A DNA stretch of 64,000 nucleotides from a virus (taxonomy: Duplodnaviria; Caudoviricetes), in the IMG/VR virus record IMGVR_UViG_3300009161_000021; one strand, written 5' to 3'. A program made the position numbers and the translations under genes. Below are positions 63,956 through 64,000 of the stretch, piece after piece. The notes beneath the pieces were generated by a model that did not search any database, had not been told where the DNA came from, and was given only the letters and a program-made list of their open reading frames with translations. How positions within the stretch are numbered: position 1 is the stretch's first letter; each line of letters starts with the position of its first letter.

Positions 63956-64000
63956 ATAATGGTAGTGGTCATCTAATGAGCAGATTCTTAGTGGCGTCCG

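Overview
The window is a segment of a large lytic myovirus-type (jumbo) bacteriophage genome in genetic code 11. Almost all genes are on the minus strand. In coordinate order: (1) 1-11.4 kb, baseplate/tail module with LamG-domain proteins and gp6/J-like, gp25-like and gp5/Vgr-like proteins; the first gene runs off the window edge and is absent from the ORF track. (2) A sigma-70 region-2-like factor. (3) About 12.8-37.3 kb, a self-contained nucleotide-sugar and glycosyltransferase island of about 30 genes: 7 GT genes, Glf, Ugd, Gmd, a ColD-type 3-dehydratase, RmlC, a split ThDP enzyme, HldE-like halves and two Fe/2OG oxygenases, with no flippase, polymerase or initiating transferase. (4) Three modular Ser/Thr/Gly-rich tail-fibre genes. 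(5) An accessory block: PIN-PhoH, stand-alone sigma region 4, histone-H1-like Hc1, YkuK RNase H-like, degenerate GroEL, Nudix, DinG helicase and a lysozyme-like protein. (6) 53.8-64 kb, an array of 15 tRNA genes. It includes a tRNA-Lys(UUU) split by a group I intron, a rare tRNA-Ile(UAU) and a short-arm tRNA-Leu(UAA). It is interleaved with three HNH endonuclease genes that each end inside the next tRNA, and with five probable lipoprotein genes, among them a di-heme cytochrome c peroxidase and a pacifastin-like protein. A recurrent ATANTTAR motif upstream of many genes is a candidate phage promoter. The style of the lipoproteins suggests a Myxococcota-like host (inference). All calls come from manual motif reading; no database searches were run.
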